UHGV virus genome: UHGV-1845973
DNA: 21,770 bases
Reading direction: 5' to 3' (one strand)
Origin: a virus
This document shows, piece by piece, positions 1 through 6,225 of this stretch (the first letter of the stretch is position 1; each line of letters begins with the position of its first letter). The position numbers were made by a program, and so were the translations under genes. Below the pieces are notes generated by a model. That model ran no database searches. It saw only the letters and a list, made by a program, of their open reading frames with translations, and was not told the origin of the DNA.

Positions 1-12
1 GGACATACCTCG

Positions 13-969
13 TTAACCGATTGCTTTCAGGCCATGAACAAGAGCAAGTTGCGGGTCATCCGCCACGAAGAAACGGTCATCACGAATATTAACTTGCTCG
101 CGAATTGCATCTGCCACCAGCGGTGCGCCACCACCGATCACCATGACATGCGTATATCCTTTAAAGTCGCCAATCACATCAAGAACGCGGGTACGCAGAC
201 GGTCAATGCTTGCGGCAATGGCCTTTTTCACATCACCAATCGCTGATGGGTCATTGATATTGTCGTTCAGATAATCTTCATCGTGGCGGTTAATAATGAG
301 CTGATCAACATTGTAATTGGACGTTTCGGTATTGGCTCTGGCAAGTGCTTGCCTTACTTCCCTGGTAACCAGAGAGACGCCAAGATTCGAATCGCCAAAA
401 ACACGGGAAACTGCCGTCATTTGCCCGGCGACCATTGAAACATCAAGGGTAGTTCCACCCAAATCGACGATAAGAACAGAATGGGCAGGGTTCAGATTGT
501 CGCACAGGCCAATTCCTGCCGGAATAGACTCCGGTCGTACCGTAACTTTCTTAATCGTGAACACATTGCCTTTATTCAACGTGACGGGGCGCATAAGACT
601 GGATTTCTTGCGCTCGATGTTATCGAGATTGTATTGCGCGTCGTCGTCGTAAAACTCCGCCAGAGGCAGCGTGACCACAATTTCTACTTCCTGCGGCTCA
701 ATGCCACTTGTCAGCAGGGCATGGTGAACAGCCAGGACGTTAAGCGGGCTGTATTGCCATTCCACGTTATTCGTCGGCAGAACATCTGGCGAGATCAAAT
801 CATACGAATACTTTTCGTCGTCAATGACATAGTTAAACGGCTTGCCAGCACAAAATGTTGCTGACCATCCGCGCTTAAAGCTGTTAGGGCTGATGTGAGT
901 GCGAGTTTCCCCGTCGTGCTCCCACAGCATTTTGATATTGGTTGAACCATCATCGATAAAAATGCGCAT
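13..969 (-). CDS. parM: ParM-type actin-like plasmid segregation ATPase (type II partition)
   Basis: The translation MRIFIDDGSTNIK...HISPNSFKRGW...VAVHHALLTSG...IVDLGGTTLDVS...GDSNLGVSLVT...THVMVIGGGA aligns along its whole length with R1 ParM/StbA as I recall it, including the actin-fold phosphate and adenosine motifs. I prefer the ATG at 969, which has GGAG 7 nt upstream, over the GTG at 993 used by the ORF track. On the minus strand, positions 12..4 read GAGGTATG, which looks like the start of a downstream parR that runs off the window. Confidence 0.9.
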   Translation of the reverse strand: MRIFIDDGSTNIKMLWEHDGETRTHISPNSFKRGWSATFCAGKPFNYVIDDEKYSYDLISPDVLPTNNVEWQYSPLNVLAVHHALLTSGIEPQEVEIVVTLPLAEFYDDDAQYNLDNIERKKSSLMRPVTLNKGNVFTIKKVTVRPESIPAGIGLCDNLNPAHSVLIVDLGGTTLDVSMVAGQMTAVSRVFGDSNLGVSLVTREVRQALARANTETSNYNVDQLIINRHDEDYLNDNINDPSAIGDVKKAIAASIDRLRTRVLDVIGDFKGYTHVMVIGGGAPLVADAIREQVNIRDDRFFVADDPQLALVHGLKAIG

Positions 970-996
970 CTTCTTGCTCCACTTCTGAGACACATT

Positions 997-1150
997 TGAG
1001 AATCAAAATGCAATTTTAAAAGAGAAGCACCCAAAAATCCACACCAAAAGAGATAATAAAGAGTGATTATTGAGTTCATTTTGAGAATATCTTAATCACC
1101 CAATGAATGATGGTCTGACAGTGAGATTTATTTGAGGATGAATTGAGAAT
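997..1150. promoter_or_regulatory. Candidate parC-like centromere and promoter region upstream of parM
   Basis: (T/G)TGAG(A/T/G)-type repeats have TGAG cores at 1071 and 1082 (11 bp apart) and at 1122, 1133 and 1144 (11 bp apart). A further copy lies at 997. TTGAGAAT occurs exactly three times. R1 parC is built from 11-bp repeats flanking the par promoter. Confidence 0.35.
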
Positions 1151-1190
1151 ACAAAAATATTCCGAAATTTTACTCTCAGTTTGAATGACG

Positions 1191-1211
1191 AAATAACAAA
1201 GTGATGACAAT
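1191..1211 (+). promoter_or_regulatory. Candidate -35-less (late-type) promoter: AAATAACAAA-N5-GACAAT
   Basis: One of three copies of the same architecture; the others are at 3965 and 20058. It lies 25 nt upstream of the PAAR gene ATG, and a strong AGGAGG follows it. Confidence 0.45.
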
Positions 1212-1235
1212 AGGAGGATAACCAGGAGGTGAAGA

Positions 1236-1520
1236 ATGAGCGCAATAGCCACCAGCGACACCCTTTGTTCTGGTCACGGAGGATTTCCGCCGCGACTGGT
1301 AGCTGAAACTGTTCCCTGGTTCACCGTTAACGGTAAGCCAATTGTTGTAGATGGTGCCATGTTTCCCAGTCACACTGACGGTAACAGTGCACATCCAGGG
1401 GCAGCTGTATCGACGCGAGTATGGTTTTCGATAGGTGGAAAGGGAGTTGTCTGTGTAGGCGATCCGCTTTCTTGTGGTTCTGTTATCGCCAACGGCGAGG
1501 ATATTTTTCAGGTTGCATAA
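1236..1520 (+). CDS. PAAR-domain spike-tip protein
   Basis: The 94-aa product has the PAAR-like layout: CSGHGG, TVNGKPIVVDG, SHTDGNSAHPGA, IGGKGVVCVGDPLSCG. This three-fold pattern of beta-strand plus Gly/His/Cys matches T6SS and phage PAAR proteins. A strong SD (AGGAGG) precedes the ATG. Confidence 0.8.
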   Translation: MSAIATSDTLCSGHGGFPPRLVAETVPWFTVNGKPIVVDGAMFPSHTDGNSAHPGAAVSTRVWFSIGGKGVVCVGDPLSCGSVIANGEDIFQVA

Positions 1521-2326
1521 TGCTTGATTCAATAGGTGAAGTTAAAGCCTTCAAAATTCTGTCAGATGCCGGTATCTCTACACCAGAATCTATAACCATA
1601 AGCCGGGCAGCGTCTGTAAAAGCCTCATCACTCGCCAGCGCCATACAGGGAATAGTTCACGCCGATAAAACCTATCCTGATTCTGTTTCGGCCTGGACTA
1701 CTCAATTGCTTGGCTTTTCTGAACAGCTAAATGAGGCCAGCAAAGCGTCTTCATTACTGGCTGATTCTCTTTCCCCATACACCAAGCCATCAGAGCTGTT
1801 ACAGATGAAGATTGGCTGGGAATGCTACGTAAAAGGTAACGAGCTGACCCCCATACCTGCTTTCGCCCTTGTTGAGGGGATGGGGAATGTTTCCATTCCG
1901 CAATCTCTAACGGACGCATTGACGGCGCTAAAACTTGATGCTCTGAAAACCGCCATGAACGCCATTAACGCAAAAATAGAAGCTGCCGGAAGTGCTGGTG
2001 GTGGTGATAGCAATGGTGGACAGGGTGGTACTGGGGGCGCTCAGGCTCCAGTCATTACTCAGGATGAAATTGATGCTTTACGGGAAGCAGTGACAGCCGC
2101 CGAAGTTTTACTCTCCGAAATTAACTCAGCAAGTGAGAGTGTCGTAGCCCTTACAGGTCGCATTAAAACGTCAACCACTCAGGCAACCAAAGGTTTAGAA
2201 AACGCTGTCGCCATCACGTTAACTGGTTCTCTACTGGATGATGCAGTAATGAGTCCGGCAATCAGTTTAATCATGCCACAAGGCGTTATCGATGCGCTCC
2301 AAAAGAACACCAAAAAGGAACAATAG
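1520..2326 (+). CDS. Hypothetical protein (268 aa), translationally coupled to the PAAR gene
   Basis: The ATG at 1520 overlaps the PAAR stop (TAATG). The ORF-track start at 1421 would overlap the PAAR gene by 100 nt and is unlikely. The protein looks helical, has a central Gly-rich linker (GSAGGGDSNGGQGGTGG) and no TM segment. I recognise no family. Confidence 0.6.
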   Translation: MLDSIGEVKAFKILSDAGISTPESITISRAASVKASSLASAIQGIVHADKTYPDSVSAWTTQLLGFSEQLNEASKASSLLADSLSPYTKPSELLQMKIGWECYVKGNELTPIPAFALVEGMGNVSIPQSLTDALTALKLDALKTAMNAINAKIEAAGSAGGGDSNGGQGGTGGAQAPVITQDEIDALREAVTAAEVLLSEINSASESVVALTGRIKTSTTQATKGLENAVAITLTGSLLDDAVMSPAISLIMPQGVIDALQKNTKKEQ

Positions 2327-2381
2327 CAACACCACTTAGGAACACAAAAGGATGTGAATTGGTACATGTTTAACACCAAAA

Positions 2382-2855
2382 ATGAACCTGAAGAGGATGG
2401 TTTTGAAAAAGATAATTTTGATTGTAATTGCGCTTTTAGCCATTTCTGGAATTTACCGAACAACGACGGCAGTTATCGAACACATCAGGTATGTCCGATC
2501 GCTTGAAGACTCAAAATCACAACTGGAAAGCACGAACAACACGCTTTCTACCGCATTACAGTTAAGTGAGAACGCTCGCTCAGCCATGCTGACCGAAAAC
2601 GAAAGAATTAAAGCACTGGAAAAGGAGTACCAGCGCAAAACAGCAGAACTGAATGCCAACCTAATCAAACAACGAGAGGAAAGCCAGAATGAAATCACTC
2701 GCCTTGAAAATGCGTTACGCCGTGCTGGGATTAACGATGTGCGTGTGCCTGATGACGTTATCAGGATGCAGCGGGAACGGGCAAAAGCCATCAACCAGCG
2801 TGCCAGTGAAAATTACCGTAGAAGCCACCAGCAAGCCGCAGGCAAATCTGATTGA
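2382..2855 (+). CDS. i-spanin (Rz-like inner-membrane spanin subunit)
   Basis: It has an N-terminal TM anchor (KKIILIVIALLAISGIY) followed by a long charged coiled-coil-like periplasmic domain. A lipoprotein ORF is embedded in its +1 frame. The start is ambiguous between 2382 and 2397. Confidence 0.75.
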   Translation: MNLKRMVLKKIILIVIALLAISGIYRTTTAVIEHIRYVRSLEDSKSQLESTNNTLSTALQLSENARSAMLTENERIKALEKEYQRKTAELNANLIKQREESQNEITRLENALRRAGINDVRVPDDVIRMQRERAKAINQRASENYRRSHQQAAGKSD

Positions 2856-3021
2856 TTACTCCCCTTGTTTAGTGCCAGAGGACACGCCAGTGCTGTTAAA
2901 CAAGTATCCGACATACGCTGAACAGTTATTCAGCACGATCGACGAATGCAACCAACGAAACGCACTGAATAACCAAAAAAACAGGGAGATTTGGGAAGGG
3001 AAGGGGGATCAAGGCTCCTGA
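2689..3021 (+). CDS. o-spanin (Rz1-like outer-membrane lipoprotein spanin subunit)
   Basis: The signal peptide ends in the lipobox L-S-G-C (Cys27). The mature part is Pro-rich and contains additional Cys residues. The gene starts inside the i-spanin gene in the +1 frame and extends 166 nt beyond it (overlapped architecture). GAGAGGA lies 8 nt upstream of the ATG at 2689. Confidence 0.75.
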   Translation: MKSLALKMRYAVLGLTMCVCLMTLSGCSGNGQKPSTSVPVKITVEATSKPQANLIDYSPCLVPEDTPVLLNKYPTYAEQLFSTIDECNQRNALNNQKNREIWEGKGDQGS

Positions 3022-3467
3022 AGCCAGATGTCCTGGCTGTCAGCTTCTTCGAAACCGTGACAGACGTTAAAGTCACTCAAGCGATACTGACGCTGACGGC
3101 CTCTATTTCGCTCATGCCAATGCATGTATCCACCAGCAAATGCCAGCGGACAATCACTATAGTCTATGTAACCAATACCATTCCCCAAACGTGCTTCGCG
3201 CGCACCGGCTTTCCAGGACAGTAGAAAAGAGTCACGATCCGCCAGCATAACAACAAAATCGTCCGGATCTCCGATACAGTGAAGAATACCTGCCTTACAT
3301 AACTGCTTGAGCGCTTTGGGCTGGCTCAGGATGTCTTCTCCGTAATACTGAAAACAATCATCAACAACAGCGGGATAGCCTGCCGGGGGATTCAGGCTGG
3401 TTGGTATAGCTGACGCGATCGCCAGCATTAAGCGATATTGTGTTTTTGATGGGTTAACGTGACTCAT
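3009..3467 (-). CDS. Hypothetical protein (152 aa), second gene of the minus-strand cassette
   Basis: SD AAGGGA lies 4 nt upstream of the ATG, which is 17 nt after the upstream gene's stop. The 3' end overlaps the convergent o-spanin gene by 13 nt. A segment PKALKQLCKAGILHCIGD could be a winged-helix. I recognise no family. Confidence 0.55.
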   Translation of the reverse strand: MSHVNPSKTQYRLMLAIASAIPTSLNPPAGYPAVVDDCFQYYGEDILSQPKALKQLCKAGILHCIGDPDDFVVMLADRDSFLLSWKAGAREARLGNGIGYIDYSDCPLAFAGGYMHWHERNRGRQRQYRLSDFNVCHGFEEADSQDIWLQEP

Positions 3468-3483
3468 TTTGTCCCTTGTTTAC

Positions 3484-3918
3484 TCATTGTCGCCATGCAT
3501 TTTTTAACTCAGGAATATCTGCCATTTCAATTAACTTGCGAAGTCCAGCACTGACTTTCCCATTGCCAACCATAGCAAGCCAATCTCTTACAGCTTTCGG
3601 CATGTAGAGCGTTGCAGTTACCGGCTCTTCAACCCTGGCAGGACATCCGCATACAGGCCATTTAATTGACTCCATAACTTCGGATGCCGGGGTGAGGGCG
3701 GGGACATTGAGTATATCTCTACCAGAAAACTGGATAACGATCCGTTCAGCGAGCGAGAGTATCTCACTTTCGGCAAGAATTGATGCCAACTGCGCCTCAA
3801 CAAGAAAGCGACTTGTTGTGTTCAGAGAGTGGCTCTTAGCGCCATTTTTATACGAAACAAAGATTCGATACGCCATAACTCTAATGATTTGTGTTAGAAA
3901 ACTAAAATTAAACCACAT
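3484..3918 (-). CDS. Hypothetical protein with C-terminal ribbon-helix-helix (Arc/MetJ-like) DNA-binding domain
   Basis: The C-terminus TATLYMPKAVRDWLAMVGNGKVSAGLRKLIEMA fits the RHH beta-alphaA-alphaB pattern seen in Arc and Mnt. The N-terminal domain of about 85 aa is unassigned. The start is either ATG 3918 or ATG 3876 (MAYRIF...). A TAAAAT -10-like hexamer lies on the minus strand at 3949..3944. Confidence 0.5.
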   Translation of the reverse strand: MWFNFSFLTQIIRVMAYRIFVSYKNGAKSHSLNTTSRFLVEAQLASILAESEILSLAERIVIQFSGRDILNVPALTPASEVMESIKWPVCGCPARVEEPVTATLYMPKAVRDWLAMVGNGKVSAGLRKLIEMADIPELKNAWRQ

Positions 3919-3964
3919 AACAACATGTGTGTTAATAGATTTTATTTTACTAAACCTATTGACT

Positions 3965-3985
3965 AAATCACAAAGTAGGTATTGT
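3965..3985 (+). promoter_or_regulatory. Candidate -35-less (late-type) promoter: AAATCACAAA-N5-TATTGT
   Basis: The motif and spacing are the same as at 1191 and 20058. It lies 50 nt upstream of the capsid gene start. The adjacent TTGACT (3959..3964) is only 15 nt from the hexamer, which is too close for a normal sigma70 -35. Confidence 0.45.
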
Positions 3986-4034
3986 TAGTCCGTCAAAAGA
4001 ACCTTCACGCCGCGCCCGAATTTAGGGCTTAACC

Positions 4035-5732
4035 GTGAATAAAAACATTCAGCCAGCTCGTGATCGCGAGCGCGAGATTATGAATCGGGCGGCAAGCGTC
4101 ATGGCTATGACCGTCGATCCGACCACCGATGCAGCAGGCAACATGATTGCTGACCAGGCAGTAATGATGGAAAACCTGGATAAAGCAATCCAGAAAGTGC
4201 CTATGTTTGAAGGCGTAAATCCAGAGGTCGCTCGTCAGATCACTGGTGGGTGGGCTATGTCTCTGCATGAGTATAAACGTCAACATGGTCATTACCCGGC
4301 AAGTGACATCCTGGCGAACGCACACATGGCTCTTGAACGCCTAATGACTGAATGTGCCAGTGATACCCACGAAGGCACGGGTAAGGCAATGTTTGAGTCT
4401 GTCGCGCAATCAATGCGTAGCTCTGACGGCGTAATGAAAGTTGCTCAATATGCTGCTCTAATTCTGCCTGCCTCTCTGGGCGCTGCTACCAGTGATGCCT
4501 GTACTTTTGTTCCTTGTGATCGTGACGAGTCAAATATTTATGAACTGGTCAACGTAGCAGGCACAAAATTCGGCACCTTCAAACAAGGTGACGAACTGAA
4601 TATGCAGTCAGCTGGTGTTTATTCTCAAATGAAGCGCCTGTATACCCTTTCCACTAAAGGGGATGGCAGCACCAAAACCTTCCAGTTCGACATCCAAAAT
4701 TTTGAGGGACAATCCTGCCCGCTTCGCGCTGGTTATAGCAAACTGCTGATCAACCGCAAACCGTCCAAAGTTGACGACGGCGATGGCAACCTTTATTTCA
4801 ATGCTAAAGACAGCAAAGGTAAAGCTTTCTCAGCGACTGCCAAAGTCGCCTATGACACTGGTGTCATTGACATTACATTTACCCAGGCTCCGCCAGAAGG
4901 TACTGAAATTGCTGTTCAGGTCGAAATTAACATCGAGCGCAATCCAAGCCTGATTCCTGTGATCAACCAGGCTATGCGTAAGTACGAAGTTCGTCCGTCC
5001 CAGTACGTAATTGCTTCCGAACACACGGTAATGTCCGCATCCGATTTAAGCCGTGAGCACGGCCTTGAATTAGCGGCACTTCAGTTCTCCGCGATGCGTA
5101 ACTGGATCTCCCATGAAACCGACATCATGCGTCTGCGCACCCTGGTATTCCATACCGTTTATGGTCGTGAATTTGATGTGGCTCTGCCGGAAGCTCAAAA
5201 CTATGAGTCCTGGGTCGGCCTCCTGCGTCACGTAGTAAACGCTCTGTCTCAAGAAATGGCAAATCGTACCCTGACAACGGGTATTCGTGGCGGCTTTGCT
5301 GGTGGTGACGCCGCGAACTTCCTGCGCTCTCTGCCTCCACAGCACTTCCAGATCGCACCAGGTTACGTTCAGTCGCCGTATGTACAGTACATCGGCACCC
5401 TGTTTGGCACGATTCGTATTTACGAAGTGCCGCAACCTGTCTGTGAGCAATTCCAGGCACAGGGATATGACTTCGGGCTGGATGACATCTTCTTCTATGG
5501 GCGTGGCGAAGGCATCGGTAAAGCCGGTCTGATTGCTGGTGATGCAGTCCCAGCAATCCCTTACGTGCACGAAACCAATCCGTCTCTCGTTAACCGTACC
5601 ACTCTCTGGGGCAGTGCCATCAACGAAGTACATCCTCGCAACGGTGAAAACTACTTCACCCGCCTGCGTCTGACTCGCGCCAAAGAAGGTGCTATCGACA
5701 TGCTGACAGGCAAGGTTAACGAAAAAAAGTGA
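4035..5732 (+). CDS. Putative major capsid protein precursor (P1 gp23-like, about 62 kDa)
   Basis: It is the first gene of the structural block, followed by an Ig-like decoration-type ORF and the sheath gene. Codon usage looks strongly biased toward high expression (CGT, CTG, GGT, GAA). The size matches my recollection of the P1 gene 23 product. The GTG start at 4035 is uncertain. The function is assigned from synteny and memory, not from a recognised motif. Confidence 0.55.
   Translation: MNKNIQPARDREREIMNRAASVMAMTVDPTTDAAGNMIADQAVMMENLDKAIQKVPMFEGVNPEVARQITGGWAMSLHEYKRQHGHYPASDILANAHMALERLMTECASDTHEGTGKAMFESVAQSMRSSDGVMKVAQYAALILPASLGAATSDACTFVPCDRDESNIYELVNVAGTKFGTFKQGDELNMQSAGVYSQMKRLYTLSTKGDGSTKTFQFDIQNFEGQSCPLRAGYSKLLINRKPSKVDDGDGNLYFNAKDSKGKAFSATAKVAYDTGVIDITFTQAPPEGTEIAVQVEINIERNPSLIPVINQAMRKYEVRPSQYVIASEHTVMSASDLSREHGLELAALQFSAMRNWISHETDIMRLRTLVFHTVYGREFDVALPEAQNYESWVGLLRHVVNALSQEMANRTLTTGIRGGFAGGDAANFLRSLPPQHFQIAPGYVQSPYVQYIGTLFGTIRIYEVPQPVCEQFQAQGYDFGLDDIFFYGRGEGIGKAGLIAGDAVPAIPYVHETNPSLVNRTTLWGSAINEVHPRNGENYFTRLRLTRAKEGAIDMLTGKVNEKK
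5723..5729 (+). promoter_or_regulatory. Candidate -1 programmed ribosomal frameshift heptamer A_AAA_AAG
   Basis: The zero-frame codons are GAA AAA AAG TGA, so the heptamer is in the correct phase one codon before the capsid stop. The -1 frame stays open for 35 more codons, to the TAA at 5834..5836. Confidence 0.3.
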
Positions 5733-5845
5733 TGGTGGCGAACGTGTCGGTATCACCAACGTCACTTGACGTAGATGAAGGTGAAACTATCGCCGCGAAC
5801 ACTTCAAAGGCACAGAAAAAAACAAAGCAGAAGTAAGGCAAAAAC

Positions 5846-5866
5846 ACGCCCCTGATTAAGGGGCGT
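5846..5866 (+). terminator. GC-rich hairpin downstream of the capsid gene (8-bp perfect stem, 5-nt loop)
   Basis: ACGCCCCT-gatta-AGGGGCGT. No U-tract follows; the SD of the next gene does. It may be a partial terminator or an mRNA-stabilising element. Confidence 0.35.
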
Positions 5867-5879
5867 TCAGGAGAAAAGA

Positions 5880-6158
5880 ATGGCAAACATTCAAGTAACT
5901 ATCACGCCATCTGACGCAACAGACAAATCTTTCACTGTTGAGTCAGATCACCCTGAAATTGTCCGGGTTGATGGCACTACATGTACCGCTCTTAAGGCCG
6001 GGCAGGCAGTGCTGACAATCAAAACAAATGACGGCAATAAAACCGCACAGTGCACAGTCACTGTTAGGGAGGCACATAAAAGCGTAAGCACCGTCAGTGT
6101 TGAACCAACTACGAAAGAAGTAACCGTAGGCGATAACTTCACGGTAAGCCAATCCTGA
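5880..6158 (+). CDS. Bacterial Ig-like (Big_2-type) domain protein, probable head or tail decoration
   Basis: IQVTITPSDATDKSFTVESDHPEIVRVDGTTCTALKAGQAVLTIKTNDGNKTAQCTVTV has the Big_2 pattern (...V...G.v.al..G.a.it..t.dG....c.vtV). The C-terminus VSVEPTTKEVTVGDNFTV looks like the first strands of a second, truncated domain. Confidence 0.7.
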   Translation: MANIQVTITPSDATDKSFTVESDHPEIVRVDGTTCTALKAGQAVLTIKTNDGNKTAQCTVTVREAHKSVSTVSVEPTTKEVTVGDNFTVSQS

Positions 6159-6163
6159 TCAGA

Positions 6164-6188
6164 GGCTGCCCATTAACCGTGGGTAGCC
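6164..6188 (+). terminator. Hairpin after the Ig-like gene (9-bp stem with one G-U pair, 7-nt loop)
   Basis: GGCTGCCCA-ttaaccg-TGGGTAGCC, followed by the T-rich stretch ttgcctcgttctc. Confidence 0.3.
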
Positions 6189-6225
6189 TTGCCTCGTTCT
6201 CTCGCTTTAGAGGATAAGAACCAGC

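Noticed and set aside
1421-1519. N-terminal extension of the 268-aa ORF as given in the ORF track (start at 1421)
   Set aside because: It would overlap the PAAR gene by 100 nt in another frame and encodes a Cys/Arg/Trp-rich peptide. The ATG at 1520 overlapping the PAAR stop (TAATG) is the natural coupled start.
2991-3224. 77-aa plus-strand ORF downstream of the o-spanin
   Set aside because: It lies almost entirely antisense to the better-supported 152-aa minus-strand gene and has no SD.
3834-3876. N-terminal RIFVSYK motif of the RHH protein resembling the start of a TIR domain (FISY...)
   Set aside because: Only a 5-6 residue resemblance. The remaining N-terminal domain (about 85 aa) is too short for a TIR fold and lacks the conserved catalytic Glu context.
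3949-3967. Direct repeat ACTAAA-N7-ACTAAA and a TTGACT hexamer in the divergent capsid/RHH intergenic region
   Set aside because: The elements are too short to call an operator or a -35 with any confidence. TTGACT is only 15 nt from the nearest -10-like hexamer. They are kept as a hypothesis within the cassette finding.
5070-5765. 231-aa and 143-aa minus-strand ORFs antisense to the capsid gene
   Set aside because: They are shadow ORFs inside a strongly codon-biased plus-strand gene. They have no RBS, and the translations are low-complexity and Arg- or His-rich.
5801-5836. AAAAAACAAA-N5-AGTAAG, resembling the late-promoter motif
   Set aside because: It has a mismatch at the conserved T, a poor -10 hexamer, and lies upstream of the hairpin at 5846 rather than in front of a gene start. 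It is probably a chance match within an A-rich tail.
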